A DNA stretch of 64,000 nt from Schizochytrium sp. TIO01 (Eukaryota; Protista; Bigyra: Labyrinthulomycetes), in NCBI GenBank assembly GCA_004764695.1, contig SMSO01000032.1, positions 4,248,483 to 4,312,482 on the forward strand. Direction: 5' to 3'. Made by a program: the position numbers and the translations under genes. The notes below the pieces were generated by a model. That model was not told the DNA's origin and did not search any database. It worked only from the letters and a program-made list of their open reading frames with translations. Of the stretch, positions 36,901 through 50,500 are shown in pieces (within the stretch, counting starts at the first letter, position 1; the number at the start of each line of letters is the position of its first letter).

Positions 36901-39618
36901 TGAATAAACCTAGCGAGCACACCCAGTTTGGATGGTTATGAGTAGCTTAAGCTATCAGGTAAGCGGGTAAGTTATATGATGAACCAAGCCACCGACTTTA
37001 AGAAGTATCTGAGTCTTGTTGCAAGCCCTTTCAATATTTCTGGATCTCATTTTCTACTTTTATGTACCTACCTGCTAGGGAAGCCTTTCGCTCTTGCATA
37101 CATACAGTGGAGTCCATCTTCGATAGTCTTAGCAAGGACGCAGCAAAGAAGCTCCCTAATAAAATTGTCGGCTTGACAATTGCAAAGTCCGCCGCATGCT
37201 TCGCTCAGAAATGGAGAAGCTCCATCCATTGGTTTATAGAATGTAACAGGTGTTCTCGTCCGCAAATTTCGCCTCGCGCGTGCTCCTCGTTCTCGACAAA
37301 GGAAGTGGTTTTCTTTTTTTGGTTGTCAAGGCCTGGTTAACTAGAGGAAATAATAGGCCTCGCATAAGACCCAATCTGAACAACTCGATTTGCGGCCCTT
37401 TCCAACAGCAGTGCTCTTCGTAAAGGAAAGGATGGTAATCGTCGGAGAGGGCATCGGCCAAGGAAGAGGCGGAACTTGAAGGGAACTTGAATCTGCGGTT
37501 TGTTTTTCGCATGGAGCTTTCTCATGACAGCATTAATATAGCATGCCACCTGTCTAACCCTTGCATCTTGAAATACTACGATACTAGTGAGTTTGTCTCT
37601 TTATAGATAGATAGGTATGTGATTATATTTTCAAGACTTGTAATCTCATTTACTCACTCATTCATTCAATTTTATGAATGTTTTATGAATGTGGTTTTAT
37701 TTTCCTTCTTGGAAACATCACTTTTCAAAAGTTTTTTTAATCACTCTTGTGTTGTTCTTATCGGAAGAGTATTACTAATTACTAATTGTTTAAAAAACGT
37801 TTTTAAAAAGTTTTACATCAAATCCTTCAGTAAAAAGAGAAAGTACTAATACACGTTTAGCGTGGCTCTGCAGGAGTGTTTGCCGGCTGCCATGAATTCT
37901 GACTGCGTTTAAAGAGTTTCTCCAGACGTTAAACATAAACGTGATTGGCCGTCAAACTGCTGCTTATTGCTACTTTTGAGCAGGAAACACAAACTTCATG
38001 TGTGAAAGCTACTTCGTTTATTAGTTTTCTTTAGTGAAAGAAAACACGAATAAACCCAAGTAAGATCGTAACTTCTCGTTTTAAAATTTTAGACTTGAAG
38101 ATCTATTTCATACGGATAGATAGAAGTATAGCATTTATAGCAGCGCATAATCAGAGAATGTATTGTAGCTTTACACGGGTAAAATATATATGTTTTTGAA
38201 CTTGGACTTCCGCAGAATGTGGTCCGCACGTGCAATTTCATAAAAGTTAACCACCACTATTTCTGAAAAACGGATGATTTGGTCCAGGCATTGGAATCAG
38301 GACTAAACCACAGTTTAATGGCGAGAGAGAGTTATTACATCCCATTAGCGTTTACTCCAAAAGTGAGGTCCATCGCCTGTAATTCAAATCGCTCTCATCT
38401 TAGACTTCTATAATTGGAACTCTTGGTCGTAGAAATGAATTGTTCTATAAAGATTTGATTAACTCAGGATGTTTGCTCATGATTGGCGCTGAGCATACAT
38501 GCAAGTAAGACCAGCGCTCAAGAGTATAAACATTTGCCCCCAAACAAAGATAGGTATTTCAATTTAGTATTTAATCTATGAGTCCGTGCGGAAATAGTCT
38601 ACGTAAATCAAAGTTTATTTCATAAAGGTATAGCGTGTGCTAGAGATGTAGAGCAAGAAATGCCGAGTTTAAAGAAACAAACGAACAGGTTGTCGACCAC
38701 AATATATGAATTTTAGCGTCCTGAACATAAAAGAAACATCTTCTAACTCTAAAAGTTCACGCTTACACGAAGCTTGATACCCTCGCGGAAAGAAACTATT
38801 AATATAAGCAGGTGTTGTAGCTAGTCAAAGCTGATAAGAATAAGCTTACCTGAAAACTTTGCTCGACTAAGGCATCGTGCGACAATGGTATTCTTCACCT
38901 TAATATTAGAAATGGTTCGCATAAGTTTCGAGCTGTAGAACAAAGTAAGAAATGTATAAACTGATTGTAATCACCAAAGCACAGAAACCATTTTTCAAAA
39001 TCTACATGTGATATGTTTTGCAATGTGAGAAAGCTGCAATGTGAGAAAGCTCTTGAGATCTCCAAGTTTAAAGAATCAAAATAGAAACTGAAAGCATGTT
39101 GTGAACGGAAAGCTTAATTAATCGTTGCTGTATACTGGGCTCACTCAAACCTAACAGCATCTGAGCAGTTTATTATTTTTATTGTTCGATGAGAAGAGCT
39201 GCAAGAGATTACGTTTTTCGAATAACTGTTCTTGTGTAAATTGTGTAGAGCTAAAACTATAAAACTGAAGAGAAGAATAACACGAGACACCTGTGTGACA
39301 ACTTTAAGCTAATATTTACATTCCATCAACGACTATTAAGCAAATTGATGCCTTGAAATCCATGTTTACATTTATCACATCTCTTTGCTGTGTTCTTCAT
39401 TTAAATCCATGCATTAATTGCACTAACTTTCTACTGTTTAAAACGAAAATGTTCGATATCAAGACTCAAACTCACCGCGCTCCCTTCGTGGTACAATATA
39501 AGTTTGGTTAAGCCTTCGGCTATACTCGTTGTTTTGTGGTGACATATGGCGTGCGCCGGCCACAAGGTGTGTTGCGTCATCTATTATATTTCACTTTCAC
39601 CTTTCTACACATAGGCTC

Positions 39619-39653
<35 letters not shown>
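39619..39653. repeat. (TTA)n microsatellite
   Basis: About 11-12 perfect copies. Confidence 0.9.
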
Positions 39654-39656
<3 letters not shown>

Positions 39657-42600
39657 TCATTTCAAATGAAAAAGAGAATGATTCCTTAATTATTTTAAAA
39701 CATGTTCTTTAAAAATTTAAATACATATAGGGAGAAAATGAGCTAAATTCTGTCTACGATATAAAATACCATTCTTCAGAAAACTTATAGTATTATGACT
39801 ACCATGTATCAATTAATTCAACTGAGCATGCCGAAGATCAATTTCCATTATTGATGCAACTACTTCGTTCCCAAGTTTAAAGATCCATGATCTGTTTACT
39901 TTTTATTTATAAGACTATCCTATATCCAGCTCCCTGATTTGAAGTATATGGCCATAGTATGAATAGCTGATGTATCAACGAGGTTACTCGAGTTCGTTTC
40001 ATCATTTGTATCTCAGGTGCAACACATAGAAATGCGATGCGTGAATGTCACAGAGAATTAGAGCAAATTTAATAAAATAGTGGCTTTTCAGACCGCGAAC
40101 AGTCCTAACCATAATATATTCTTCTCAACTATAATATTTTTTAAACTGTAATTAAAATTTTCAAGAAGCTCAGCTCTAATCTAATCTACCTATTTTTTTA
40201 AAATTAAAATATAAAAAATTAGGATGGCCTTTGTGACAGTCTGCCTGACCAATGAATATCGCATTAACTAAGTTTGAGTGGAATCATATGTAAGATTTAT
40301 TGCTTGCATAGCGCCAGAGAAATATTGTGTATCTTCGTTTGGATTTTTGCACCATCGCTTGCAAATTTTAATTAATAGATATATATTATATCTTTTTTAG
40401 TTGTGGTAGAAAATGTTGAAGAGATCGATATATGTTATCAATCTAACAAAAACATTCTCTCTATATTTAAATGAAAAAAATTGGAAAATGGTGAATTGCC
40501 TTGGACAACGCTGTTTTCGTCGAGAAGGAGTTGTCCAGGAAGAATACGCGCGCGCTTCTTCACACCACCAGTCATTCCTCAACTCCTAGGTGCAAGCAAT
40601 TAGCTGCTGTTTAACATATAATGATTTGATAATAGATACAAGTGAAACTAATATGGCTTAAAATACTTGTGTTTCGTCCAATAGTACGCGGTGGCGTAGT
40701 GCTATCTGCTCCCATCATTAATAGTGATGGAAAGAATGAAGTTAGTAAGTTACGTAGGTACATAGTAGAACGAAAACAACAATAAGAGAATTGAAGTAAA
40801 ACACAAGTTGCAATCAATTGTGGCATTCGTGCAAACGCTAAGACTCGCATAGTTTGGTGCATTTCCATATTGTACAACATAGGATAGGTCAACCAAATGG
40901 AATGGGAAACCCAAATTCATAATGTGAAGCTCCTCAGTAAGGAGTTTAGGAACTAGTTAGACCGAAGCTACAAACTAGCAAGCAAATCAAGTAGATCGCT
41001 TTTATTCCGGTTCTAGGGCATGATTCTTATCTTTACCACTCCAACTCAAATTGGGAATTCATAATTAGACATTCTAAATTGCCAACATGTTGCAGCGTAC
41101 AGAGTTTGAGAATATCATGAAGTGCCCTGATGTTTAAAAATTTATAAATTTTCAATTTGAACTTCTTTCCAGATTTTATCTAGTGGGTTGCGCAGGATTC
41201 GGCGGATAATGACTACCCAATTAATTGAGAAAAAGAAGCAGTAGTAGAAATGTCCGGCGTGCACTTCAGGGTAAGTTTTGATGCATCGATATCATGCCTC
41301 ATGCACTATATTTTTCTTGAAAACTTTGATGTGTGAGCTTTTGATGCAATGAGATATACTTCATACAAAATTGCAGTAGAGAGGAATTATAGACTACACA
41401 CGAAATTCGAGTAAATCGTAAATTGGATAAGTCGACGCACACCCGTTTATAAACAGGCCTTACTGTTCTTTTATTTAAATATATATTTTCAATAGAGAAT
41501 AACTAGTAAATCTACCAGAATGGTATTGCCTACTTATAGTTTTCTTGATCTAAATTCTGTTTTACATTTAGTTTCTACTTTTTCACATAGTTCGCTCAAT
41601 CTATACGTCACTTGAATTTCTTTCTATATTTGACCACGGCTATGTGTTTAGTGCTAGACTTTACTATCGACTTATCAAGACTATTTCCTATCGAAAACAG
41701 TTGCTGTGTACTGCAAAGTTGTGGAATGAAGGATCCTACGTGAATGTGATTTTATCTGTTGTGCGCTTTATACATATCTATTTTGTCCTAGGCATCCTGT
41801 TATAGTAGCTTAATACTAAATTTAAAGTACGGCTAAGCCTCCTATTGCGCCAAACAATTTCCAAGCTGTCATAACGAGGGTAACGAGAGTAACGATAGAA
41901 GTCTGAAGGAAAGTTCAGTGAATGCTTCTTCATAAGTCTTCATCATATCCCTTTATTATACTTTGAGCGGAATTTCTTATTTTACTTTCAGATAAGGAAA
42001 CTATAAGAAACTTAACTTCGCAATGTGCTGTTTTGTATTGTTGTAATATCTCGGTGCTTCTGATATTAGATTTGTTTAGAATTGTTTGAAGAAGCGTTCT
42101 TTGCGTATTTCATAAATTTGGTTGTGGTCTGAGCCAGCGCGGCTATGACGACAATGCGAGCATCCGCGAGCAGCAAAATAACTGGTTTCGGGCTGGCTGT
42201 TTAGGCAGGATGTTCGTCTACTCATAGCAAGTTCTAAAGCTCTCCACGCACTCTTGGATATTTGTCATTTCCATTTCCCTTCACATAGGGATAGGAATAA
42301 TACTTTCACTTTCTAAAGCTGTTTTTAGTTTTCCAAAAGCCATTTTTAATTTTAAAAGGAAACCATTTTAAAACCATCTGTGTTAAAATAAGTTTTTTCC
42401 TATTTCTTTTTCTTAAAGAACGTATCCCTTACATTTAAAAGAGACAATAAAGCTGAGTATAAATCATGGGCTGATTCATTCCTATATTCGGCAAATGCGC
42501 CGCATCATATGATTTATGAATCCTGTAAATTGATAGCCTCATCCTGAGTAACATGGGATGTCGCTTGGTATAGTTTTATAAAGTATTGTTAGAGCTGGGT

Positions 42601-44069
42601 GAGTGGAAACCCCTGTTTGGTTTTGGGCAGCCTGGCTGCTAGTCGCCCTGATCCTTTAAGAGTTTATTTTAGGTTTTCATGAACATAAATGTATTTTCTC
42701 AATCACTCGTTGATCATAGTACTCCAATAGTAAGTGGATCTTCGTTCTTTTCATCACATTTTTAAAATTCGTATTGGTGAACGGCAATCTTCCCATCAAG
42801 GCTCACAAAGAAAGCATCCATTCGTTTGTATGTTTCATTCATGTCAAATATCTCGATTACTTCAGCCACCCCGTGCAATCAGTACATACTCTCTATTGAA
42901 CCCTATGTTCGCTTCAACCACGCTCTGACATTAAAGAAGGGATTGATTTCCGTGTCTCCTTCAGATTCACAGAGGGTTATTATGATGTTGGTAAAGGTAA
43001 CTATAGTACCTCAGTAGTAATCTTTAAGCACTAGTACCTACCTCGTAGGTGCATGCATACCTAGCACAAATTTATGATACAAGGTCAAAATACTATGTAA
43101 AGGGTGCGGGCGACTCCGCTTCTCGAAATTCGAAACGCAGCGCGCCAGAATCAGCTGAGCTTGTTCTACTGGGCTACTCAAGTAAGATCCTACCCGGCTA
43201 GAAGAAAGAAAGATGACCAGATACTAGGCCTACCTTGCGAGTTTCTTCATGATTGCGCTCTTTGCCACCATATCAGGTACCTGATCCTGTCTATGTAAAG
43301 CGTGTCGAAGCTGTGCTCCTCTACACTGGTAATAAAAAACTATTGTTTAAATATTTATATAATTTAAAACTAAATATTTAAAACTAAAAGTTAAACTAAA
43401 ATAGTTTATTTAGCTAATCGAAGAGCATTTTGATTGAATTAAAAAAAAGTCTTTATTTGAAGGTGGTACAAAGTTCCTACTTTTTCCTTTCTCGTTACCG
43501 CAACGCAAGTTGAGTCATTTTGGGGTTGTCGGCACCATATCGCCGCAAGAATGCGAAACCAATAAGAACTAAATCAGTCAGTCTGGAGGCCAGTTGGATG
43601 GAAGGCAACTGAGCGAGGTGCCAAGGACGTTGACAAGAAGTATGCTGCTTAAACCAGTCTGACCCGTGTGTGCATGTGCGTGTGTGTCGCTCAAGATGCG
43701 CAGCCAGTCGAATCGCAAGTTTTCCTTCAATTTCATGGGCCGACAATCGATGTCCTGAAGCGATTAGTTTTCAGAAATAGAAATCACGACTCTCGATCGT
43801 AGGTACTACGCACGTACGCGCCGAGCTCGTACCTGCGCTTCGCACGTTGTTTTGTTCTAGCTAGCGAGGTAGTCTACATTCACAAGTTGAAGTTCTCCAC
43901 ATCCAGCAAGACCTAAGCAACTCAGCGATGCATACCTTGCTAGCCAGCCTTCCGCTCGTGTTTCTGGCGCCCTCAACTCCTCCAGGTACGCCTACGAGAG
44001 CTCGTTTGCTGTCGTGAACTTGGCGAGAACTTGCATTGCAAACGCCTCCGGTGCGCCGAAGCAGGCGAG

Positions 44070-44168
44070 AAACGAGCAAGTCAACGAGCCAACGAGTCAA
44101 CGAGCCAACGAGTCAACGAGCCAACGAAAGAGTCAACACGCGAGCAGGCACGCGAGCAAGCGAGCAAG
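44070..44168. repeat. Octamer tandem array (AACGAGYC)n grading into (CGCGAGCA)-type units
   Basis: aacgagccaacgagtcaacgagccaacgagtcaacgagcc visible. Confidence 0.85.
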
Positions 44169-46182
44169 AAGACGACGATGGCGAGCGAGAAGGCGATGGT
44201 TTAGGAGAAGAAGTAGAGCAGCATTGCCTGCCTGCCTGCTTTACTTCAGGGGGGTACGGAGTGATCGTAAGAAAGGCACTCGCGCACGCCGCGATCGTCT
44301 CGGCGTCCCCTGCAAAGGTCGCGGTCCCGCCTTAAATGTACGCCCATAGCCGCTGTGGTGCATAGTGACCACCCCCAAGATTAAGGCGCTTCCCCGGGTT
44401 GCGCGCGCAACACGCCAGTTACCTCTTCTTCTCTTTGTTTTTCTTTCTTTCGTTTCAAGTGGTCTGATTTTCTTTGTTTCTTTCTTTGCTTCTTTGTTTC
44501 TTTCTTCTTTCTGTGTGGTGGCTTTTACAGGTTTAGGCTTTCTTTCTTCTGTGTGTTGGCCTTCAGGAAAGGCGCTTTTGATGTTGCGAACCTTTGAATA
44601 AACTCGACGCCCGTGGGTCAACTTGCGAAGCGAGGGGAGCCAGCCTCGTTGCCTTTTATGCATCGTTTACATGTCTGTCGGCGACGAGGAGTTCGATATG
44701 GAGGAGGAGGAGGAGAAGAATGTTTTCGATGATTTGGCGGACTAGGAATTTCGATATAACTCGATGAGCTCAGGTTTCTTACTTCTAGCTACTCTAATGA
44801 TGGAGACAAATTGTGGTTGCGGAAACCAATTCCGGTAATTCGGTTCCCATTGTAAATAGAAGAAGGTATGTTCCCATTTGGAAGTCCCTTCCTCGGCAAG
44901 GTTGGGGAAAGCAATAAAGATGAATATATAGTTTCAATTTTTAACGTGTATTGTTTCCGGTTTGATTTTATAATTTATCTTCGTTTACTTTTAAAAATTC
45001 TTTTTTTAAACGTTTTTTTAATATTTTTTAATATAATTAAACAAAAAAGATGAATGAAAACCAAAATGAAGGTGGCGATTATTGTCGAGAGACAGCAACA
45101 ACGCAAAAGTTAGTAAGTGGCACTCACCAAATAAAAATAAAAGAGAATTAACATCCTTTTTATGATTTGCCTTAACAGGAGAGGATAGAAATGGAAACGA
45201 GAAGAGATTGTAACTAGCGTAGAAACAATCCTAGCTATTTGAGCAGAAGAAGGACTCACCGGCACGAATCTGAGCGGCAGGTTGCAAAGATGCGGTGCAA
45301 CATTCATGCCAAAGGCCTGGCGGCCTGATCTTCTAAAACTAATCCGCGAGTTTTACAAAGCAGCGATTGGTCCCCGAAATTGGAGCTATTTTTAATTTCA
45401 TTCTATTTATTTTATTATACTTTATTTTTAAAGTGACATAATTTTTAATTCAATGACAATGCTTTTGAAATGTTTCTTGTATCTGATGAACTTTTTATGA
45501 TAATGGCTAAGAAGTAAAAATAAATATATATGTTCAGTTTTAGTTTTCCCTCCGAAGTTAGATACCCTAATTTTTTCAAAATAAGATCCAAAGGAGATAG
45601 TGCCGCGCCAGGTGCTTTGATTTTGTTGGCGTAGGACAACGTCAGTTGGCTTCTTTTAGTGATTGGTATCTCCATCTGATTAGGATCTTTAGTTTAGATT
45701 CATTTACCTCTTTCATTTTTTCACTCTGGATCTCCAGCCTCAAATGGGCATCGCCAACAATCTGATCGAAGAAACTCTTCCTTCGTTGGATCGCCCAGTA
45801 CCTTTGTAACCAAAATGTTGTCCTTTTTCTTTTTCTTTCCTTATTTATCGCGACATAAATACATTTTCTTTTAAAGCCTGATTTTTAAAAGACTAATTAA
45901 AAAAAAAAAAAAAAAACATTAAAAAAACAACATAAAATAATGAGAATGATGGCTTCGTTCCCAAGACGAAATGCGCGTCTTCACAAACACCCACCCACCC
46001 ACCCACTCGCTCTTTCACTTCACTTACTCATTCCTTTCGGACGTGTGGATGCGGCAGGCCACATTCAACAACCTTCTCTCAAGGCTCTTTTCCGCCCTGC
46101 CTCTGCATTCCCATGCCGTATAAGTAGACCTCCTCATCGCGTCTCCATCAGTCCTCCTCCTTGGAGCCCTTCCCTGAAAAGC

Positions 46183-46185
46183 TTT

Positions 46186-46221
<36 letters not shown>

Positions 46222-47215
46222 TGTCTTCTCTTGATCTTTTCTTGACCTTCTTCTCTCTTCGATCGAGGCCTAGCCCTGCCTATCAGACCCCTAATCCCCT
46301 CTTGCGTTGCGGCAGACCCTCTCTAGCACTGCCGCAACCCAATCGCGACTCTCAGCAGACCCGCATCTCCTTCACCGCCATCTCAGCCGAAGCCGCCGCC
46401 GCCGCAGCAGCAAAAGCTCGAACGGAGCCAGCAGCAGCAGCAGCAGCCCACTCGGCTGGATTCGCACCAGCGAGGCAACTTGCTTGCTTGCCTGCCTGCC
46501 TGCCTGCCTGCCTGCCTGCTGCCGCAGCGAGAGCAGCAGCGAGACGGTTCCCGCGTTGACTTTGACTTTGACTTTGAATTTGAATTTGAATTTGAAAATC
46601 GAGGAAATTTGAATTCGCTGGAATTGGACGGATTGGCTTAGATCGTGTTGGGCTTCGACTGATAGTAGATTGGTCCGGGCAGGCCTGGCTTGGCTTGGCT
46701 TGGCTCGACGTATAAGAGCTCCGCGTCGTCCTTGATTCGCCTGGATTGCGAGTGGGAGGACGAGAGCTCCGCTTATTTATTGTTTGCGCTGTTGTGGTGC
46801 TGGTGCTGCTAAGGAAGAGATATATAGATAGATAGATAGATAGTTACCAAGCAATTGATAAATTAGACGGAAGTCAGACAGTTAGTTCGTCAGTCAGTCA
46901 GTCAGTCAGTCAGTCAGTCAGTCAGACAGACAGACAGATAGATAGATCGGCAGGTAGTTGCTGTGAGGAAAGCTGAGGTCAAACCCACGCGGAGCAGGTG
47001 CATCGAGAGAGGAGTAGTCGCGAAGGAGCAGCGTCGAGTCGAGACACATTCATCTCTCCTCTCCTTTCCTATTCCGCTTCCTCCCGTTGGATTGTTTTTG
47101 TTTGTTTCCTGCGGCTGTTCTCTTCTTCGCGTGCGACACTGCGTCTTGTAATTGGGTGGCCCCACGCTCGTTTTCTCTTTCTCTGTGTTTGTTTGTTTGT
47201 TTTTTTGTTTGTCTG
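46183..47215. repeat. Microsatellite-dense upstream region: (TTTC)n, (GCA)n, (GCCT)n, (TTTGAC/TTTGAA)n, (GGCTT)n, (GATA)n, (CAGT)n, (TTTG)n
   Basis: Directly visible; lies immediately 5-prime of the 47.5-51.2 kb gene, probably promoter or 5-prime UTR. Confidence 0.85.
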
Positions 47216-47543
47216 TATGATACTCTTTATCTTTGACAATCAATAGCATTAGATAAATACGTACCTGTTTGTACAATTCAGAAAGAGAGGGAAAAAGCGG
47301 AGGCACAAAGAATTAGTTGTTAGACGATTGAATAGGGGATTCGAGGAGGCGAGAGAAACGAGGTCAGAGGACCCAACAAACAAGCATAACGCAGGCGTCG
47401 TTTCCGAGGCAAAGTCGGTCCGCGAAGCGCGAGGCGTCGTTGCGGCGGGCTTGGTAGCTCGCTGCAGGCCCTGAGCAGAGAAACTGGCGCCGCGAGGCTC
47501 CGTTCGTGCGGGCGGGCGCGGCCTCGAGGCAGAGCCGCGGCCC

Positions 47544-50500
47544 TTGGCGCCCTTCGCCTTCGCTGCCTCGACATTGACATCGTCGTCGTCGCCGTTGGAG
47601 ACAGCAAAATTGACAGCAAGAGCGCCAGAATTGGACGCGAACCCCTTTGCTCCGGCAGAGGCTCGGGAAAAAGATAGCGATTTCGAAGGCGAATTTGAAG
47701 ACAGATTTGAGGCGATTCACAGAGGCCAGAGGCTGGGACAGCTCCCACAAATCTCTTCCCCCTCGTCAGCGTCATTGTCATCGGCATCTACGCAACCTCA
47801 CTCCAGATCATCATCTCCATCTATCTCTTCGGGACTTCCTCATTCATATTCACACTTGCAATCGCATCTTTCACAAAACCTCTGCGACTTGCAGCCTCAA
47901 TACTCACAACCTCAGTTCTCCTCGAGTGTAGCCTTCTCAGGAGGCAACAACGCAACAGGACCTCGCGGAAGAGGTATCACAGCCAGCCGTCAGAGTGCTT
48001 TAGAAAACCGTCACTTTAGACAAGACGGCTCTGGCTTTGGTCTTGGCTTTGGCCTCGGTTTCGGATCTAGCGGATCTTACCTTGGTGCTCAGGCAGCTCT
48101 CCCATACTCCAAGGATAACGGCTTTGAGGAGGCCAACCCTGCGCAGGACGAGCTCGCAGGTCGCCTTGGAAGGTCCTGGCGAGAGTTTGGTCTTAGTGAC
48201 AAATCCAAAAGGCACTTGCTTCAAATGACGAACGGGTCAACGCATGGTATGCTTCACAGCCAAAGGCAGCACAACCACAACAACAACAACAACGATGGTA
48301 CTGGCAACCCACAGCACCAGCGAAGAGACCATATGATGACTGAAGGCCATCATATTCGGCAACAACAACATGGCGTAAACTCGGGCTCCATCGGGCAGAG
48401 ACAACAACCACCACCTCCGCCACCACCGACGATGGCACACCCTTCGAGCTTGGAAGCCAGTCACATGACCACAATGTTAGGTCGTGACAACTACACAGGA
48501 CACCTCGATCCATCCCACAGTGCAAGCAGTAACAGCAGCAGCAGCAGTAGCAATGTCATGGTTCCTTCGCCACCGGTCACATCTGGTGTTCCAGGGTCTG
48601 CTTCTTCAACAACCTCCACATCTTCAGGAGGAAAGCGAAAAAGCAACAACAGTGCGGCTCTAGCAACTCTCAGCTCTTTAGCGAGCATTGCAGGTGATAA
48701 TGATGAATCCTCACCGACAGGGCGAAAAAAGCCTCGTCGCCAGGCTCAAACAGAGAGCAAAGGTATGTCCCTAGATCAGCACATCGTTTTCTATGATTTA
48801 ATTGCTAAAGAGCTGACCATGAACCGCCGGGCAGAGCGTGACTGGGGAAAACTTTATCACGAAGGTGGCCAGAACTTTCGCAGCTGGTGGTTTGAAGCAT
48901 TCCCTAGTGTGAGTCTCTATAAGCAAAAGGGCAAGCTGCTGTTTGGTGAGCGTCGAGGTCGTGTCCAGCTTGGGTTCTGGAAATCACTTGTTAAGCGAAA
49001 GGATATGGCACGACCTTCCGAAAGTCTTGTTGATATTGTCGCTAGCGAACTTGAGAAAAAAGCTAATGCCTTTCCAGTACCAAATGATGATAGCTCTGTC
49101 CCTCCTCACATGGCACGTTCAGAGCCTGGGATCAACCCGTGGTCTTTCAATGTTGAAGCAGCCTTCCTTACTGACCGTCTTATCCGTGGTGAGAAGGGAC
49201 CTGGATCTATTCTTGATTGGCCAGAGACACCGCGAAGGGCAGTGCTTAGCAAAATCCTCAAGCTCCACCGCAGCTACGGGGATGGCTTCGAAGGTGTCTC
49301 AAAACATTTCAACCACCTTATTGTTCAAGCTGAAGTAGAACTTGCCGTTCTCAGTATTTGCGATTGCAGGTCTTGTAAAGCATGGGAGGTTGGCGCAGCT
49401 CGTGGCCGCGCACCGGAGCTGAGACTTTTGTGGAGCCGTCGTCGTGCGGCTCTAGTTCGCTCTGTTCTTGAACTTCATAAACGCTTCCCTGATGATGAAG
49501 TCAAAGTAGCAATTCTTGCACGGCAACAGCATATTGAGTTTGAGCCTTGGCGTGACGATACTATTATTGCTCTCCTTAAGGCCTCACACAGTCACACGAC
49601 CTGCAATGTATGCTTAGCGTCAAGTGCCGCTGGCATTGCGCCGCTTCTTACATCTGTAGCTGGAACCAACATGCTTGGGCATGACATACATGCTTCTGAG
49701 CACCTAATGTCATCTTCACATGGCGAAGTGTCTCGTTTGGGTGAGGATAACCATTCTACGAATCAGTTGCAGCAGCATATGCCCATGGAAACCTCACTCC
49801 ACGCGCCAATGAGAGCCACTCCACACAACAATCACCAGCGTCATACTATGGGAGATCAGCAACAACACCAGCAATACTATCACCACCATCAGCAACACCA
49901 TTTAATGAACCAGACACACATGCACGCTGAAAACAACTCACCAAGCTACCACTCGCGGGAGCTCCAAGACACATATATTTCTCTTGTCACCCAAAATGGA
50001 GAGAACAACATCCAGATCCTTGTTTCTCAGGATCCGGCTTCTGGCGGCACTAGTGCTCTTCGTCTTCGCTACGGGTCTCGAGTAGCATTTCGATACAATC
50101 AAAAACTTGTAGAACAACAGTGGTCTGGATCTTCTATTGTGGCCAATTTTGACCCACAAGTAACTTTTCCTGAACCTGATCGAATTCTCGTGAGTATTGA
50201 TGGTGTTCCCAAAATGCACATTGTCTTTGACGGGGTGAAAACTCCCCAACTTGGAGCCAACAACGAGCACGTATCCTTTGTAGGCCTCTTTGGATACCCG
50301 CACGGTATGATGCGTGAGTTGCGCGCTGTCCTATATTCTACGATGGACGCTCAACAGGTACTCGGGGCCCAAATGGCTGAAGGACGTGCTCTTTTAGCCC
50401 GCTCTATTCCTTTGCACTTAGACCAGGGAACGCATGTACATTTGCGTTGGATATCAGTCCTTGAAGAGCAGCAGCTCGTTCCCGTGAACAGAGATGCTGC

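Noticed and set aside
44070-44168. Regular repeat array considered as CRISPR-like
   Set aside because: 8-bp tandem units with no spacers, eukaryotic context, no cas genes.
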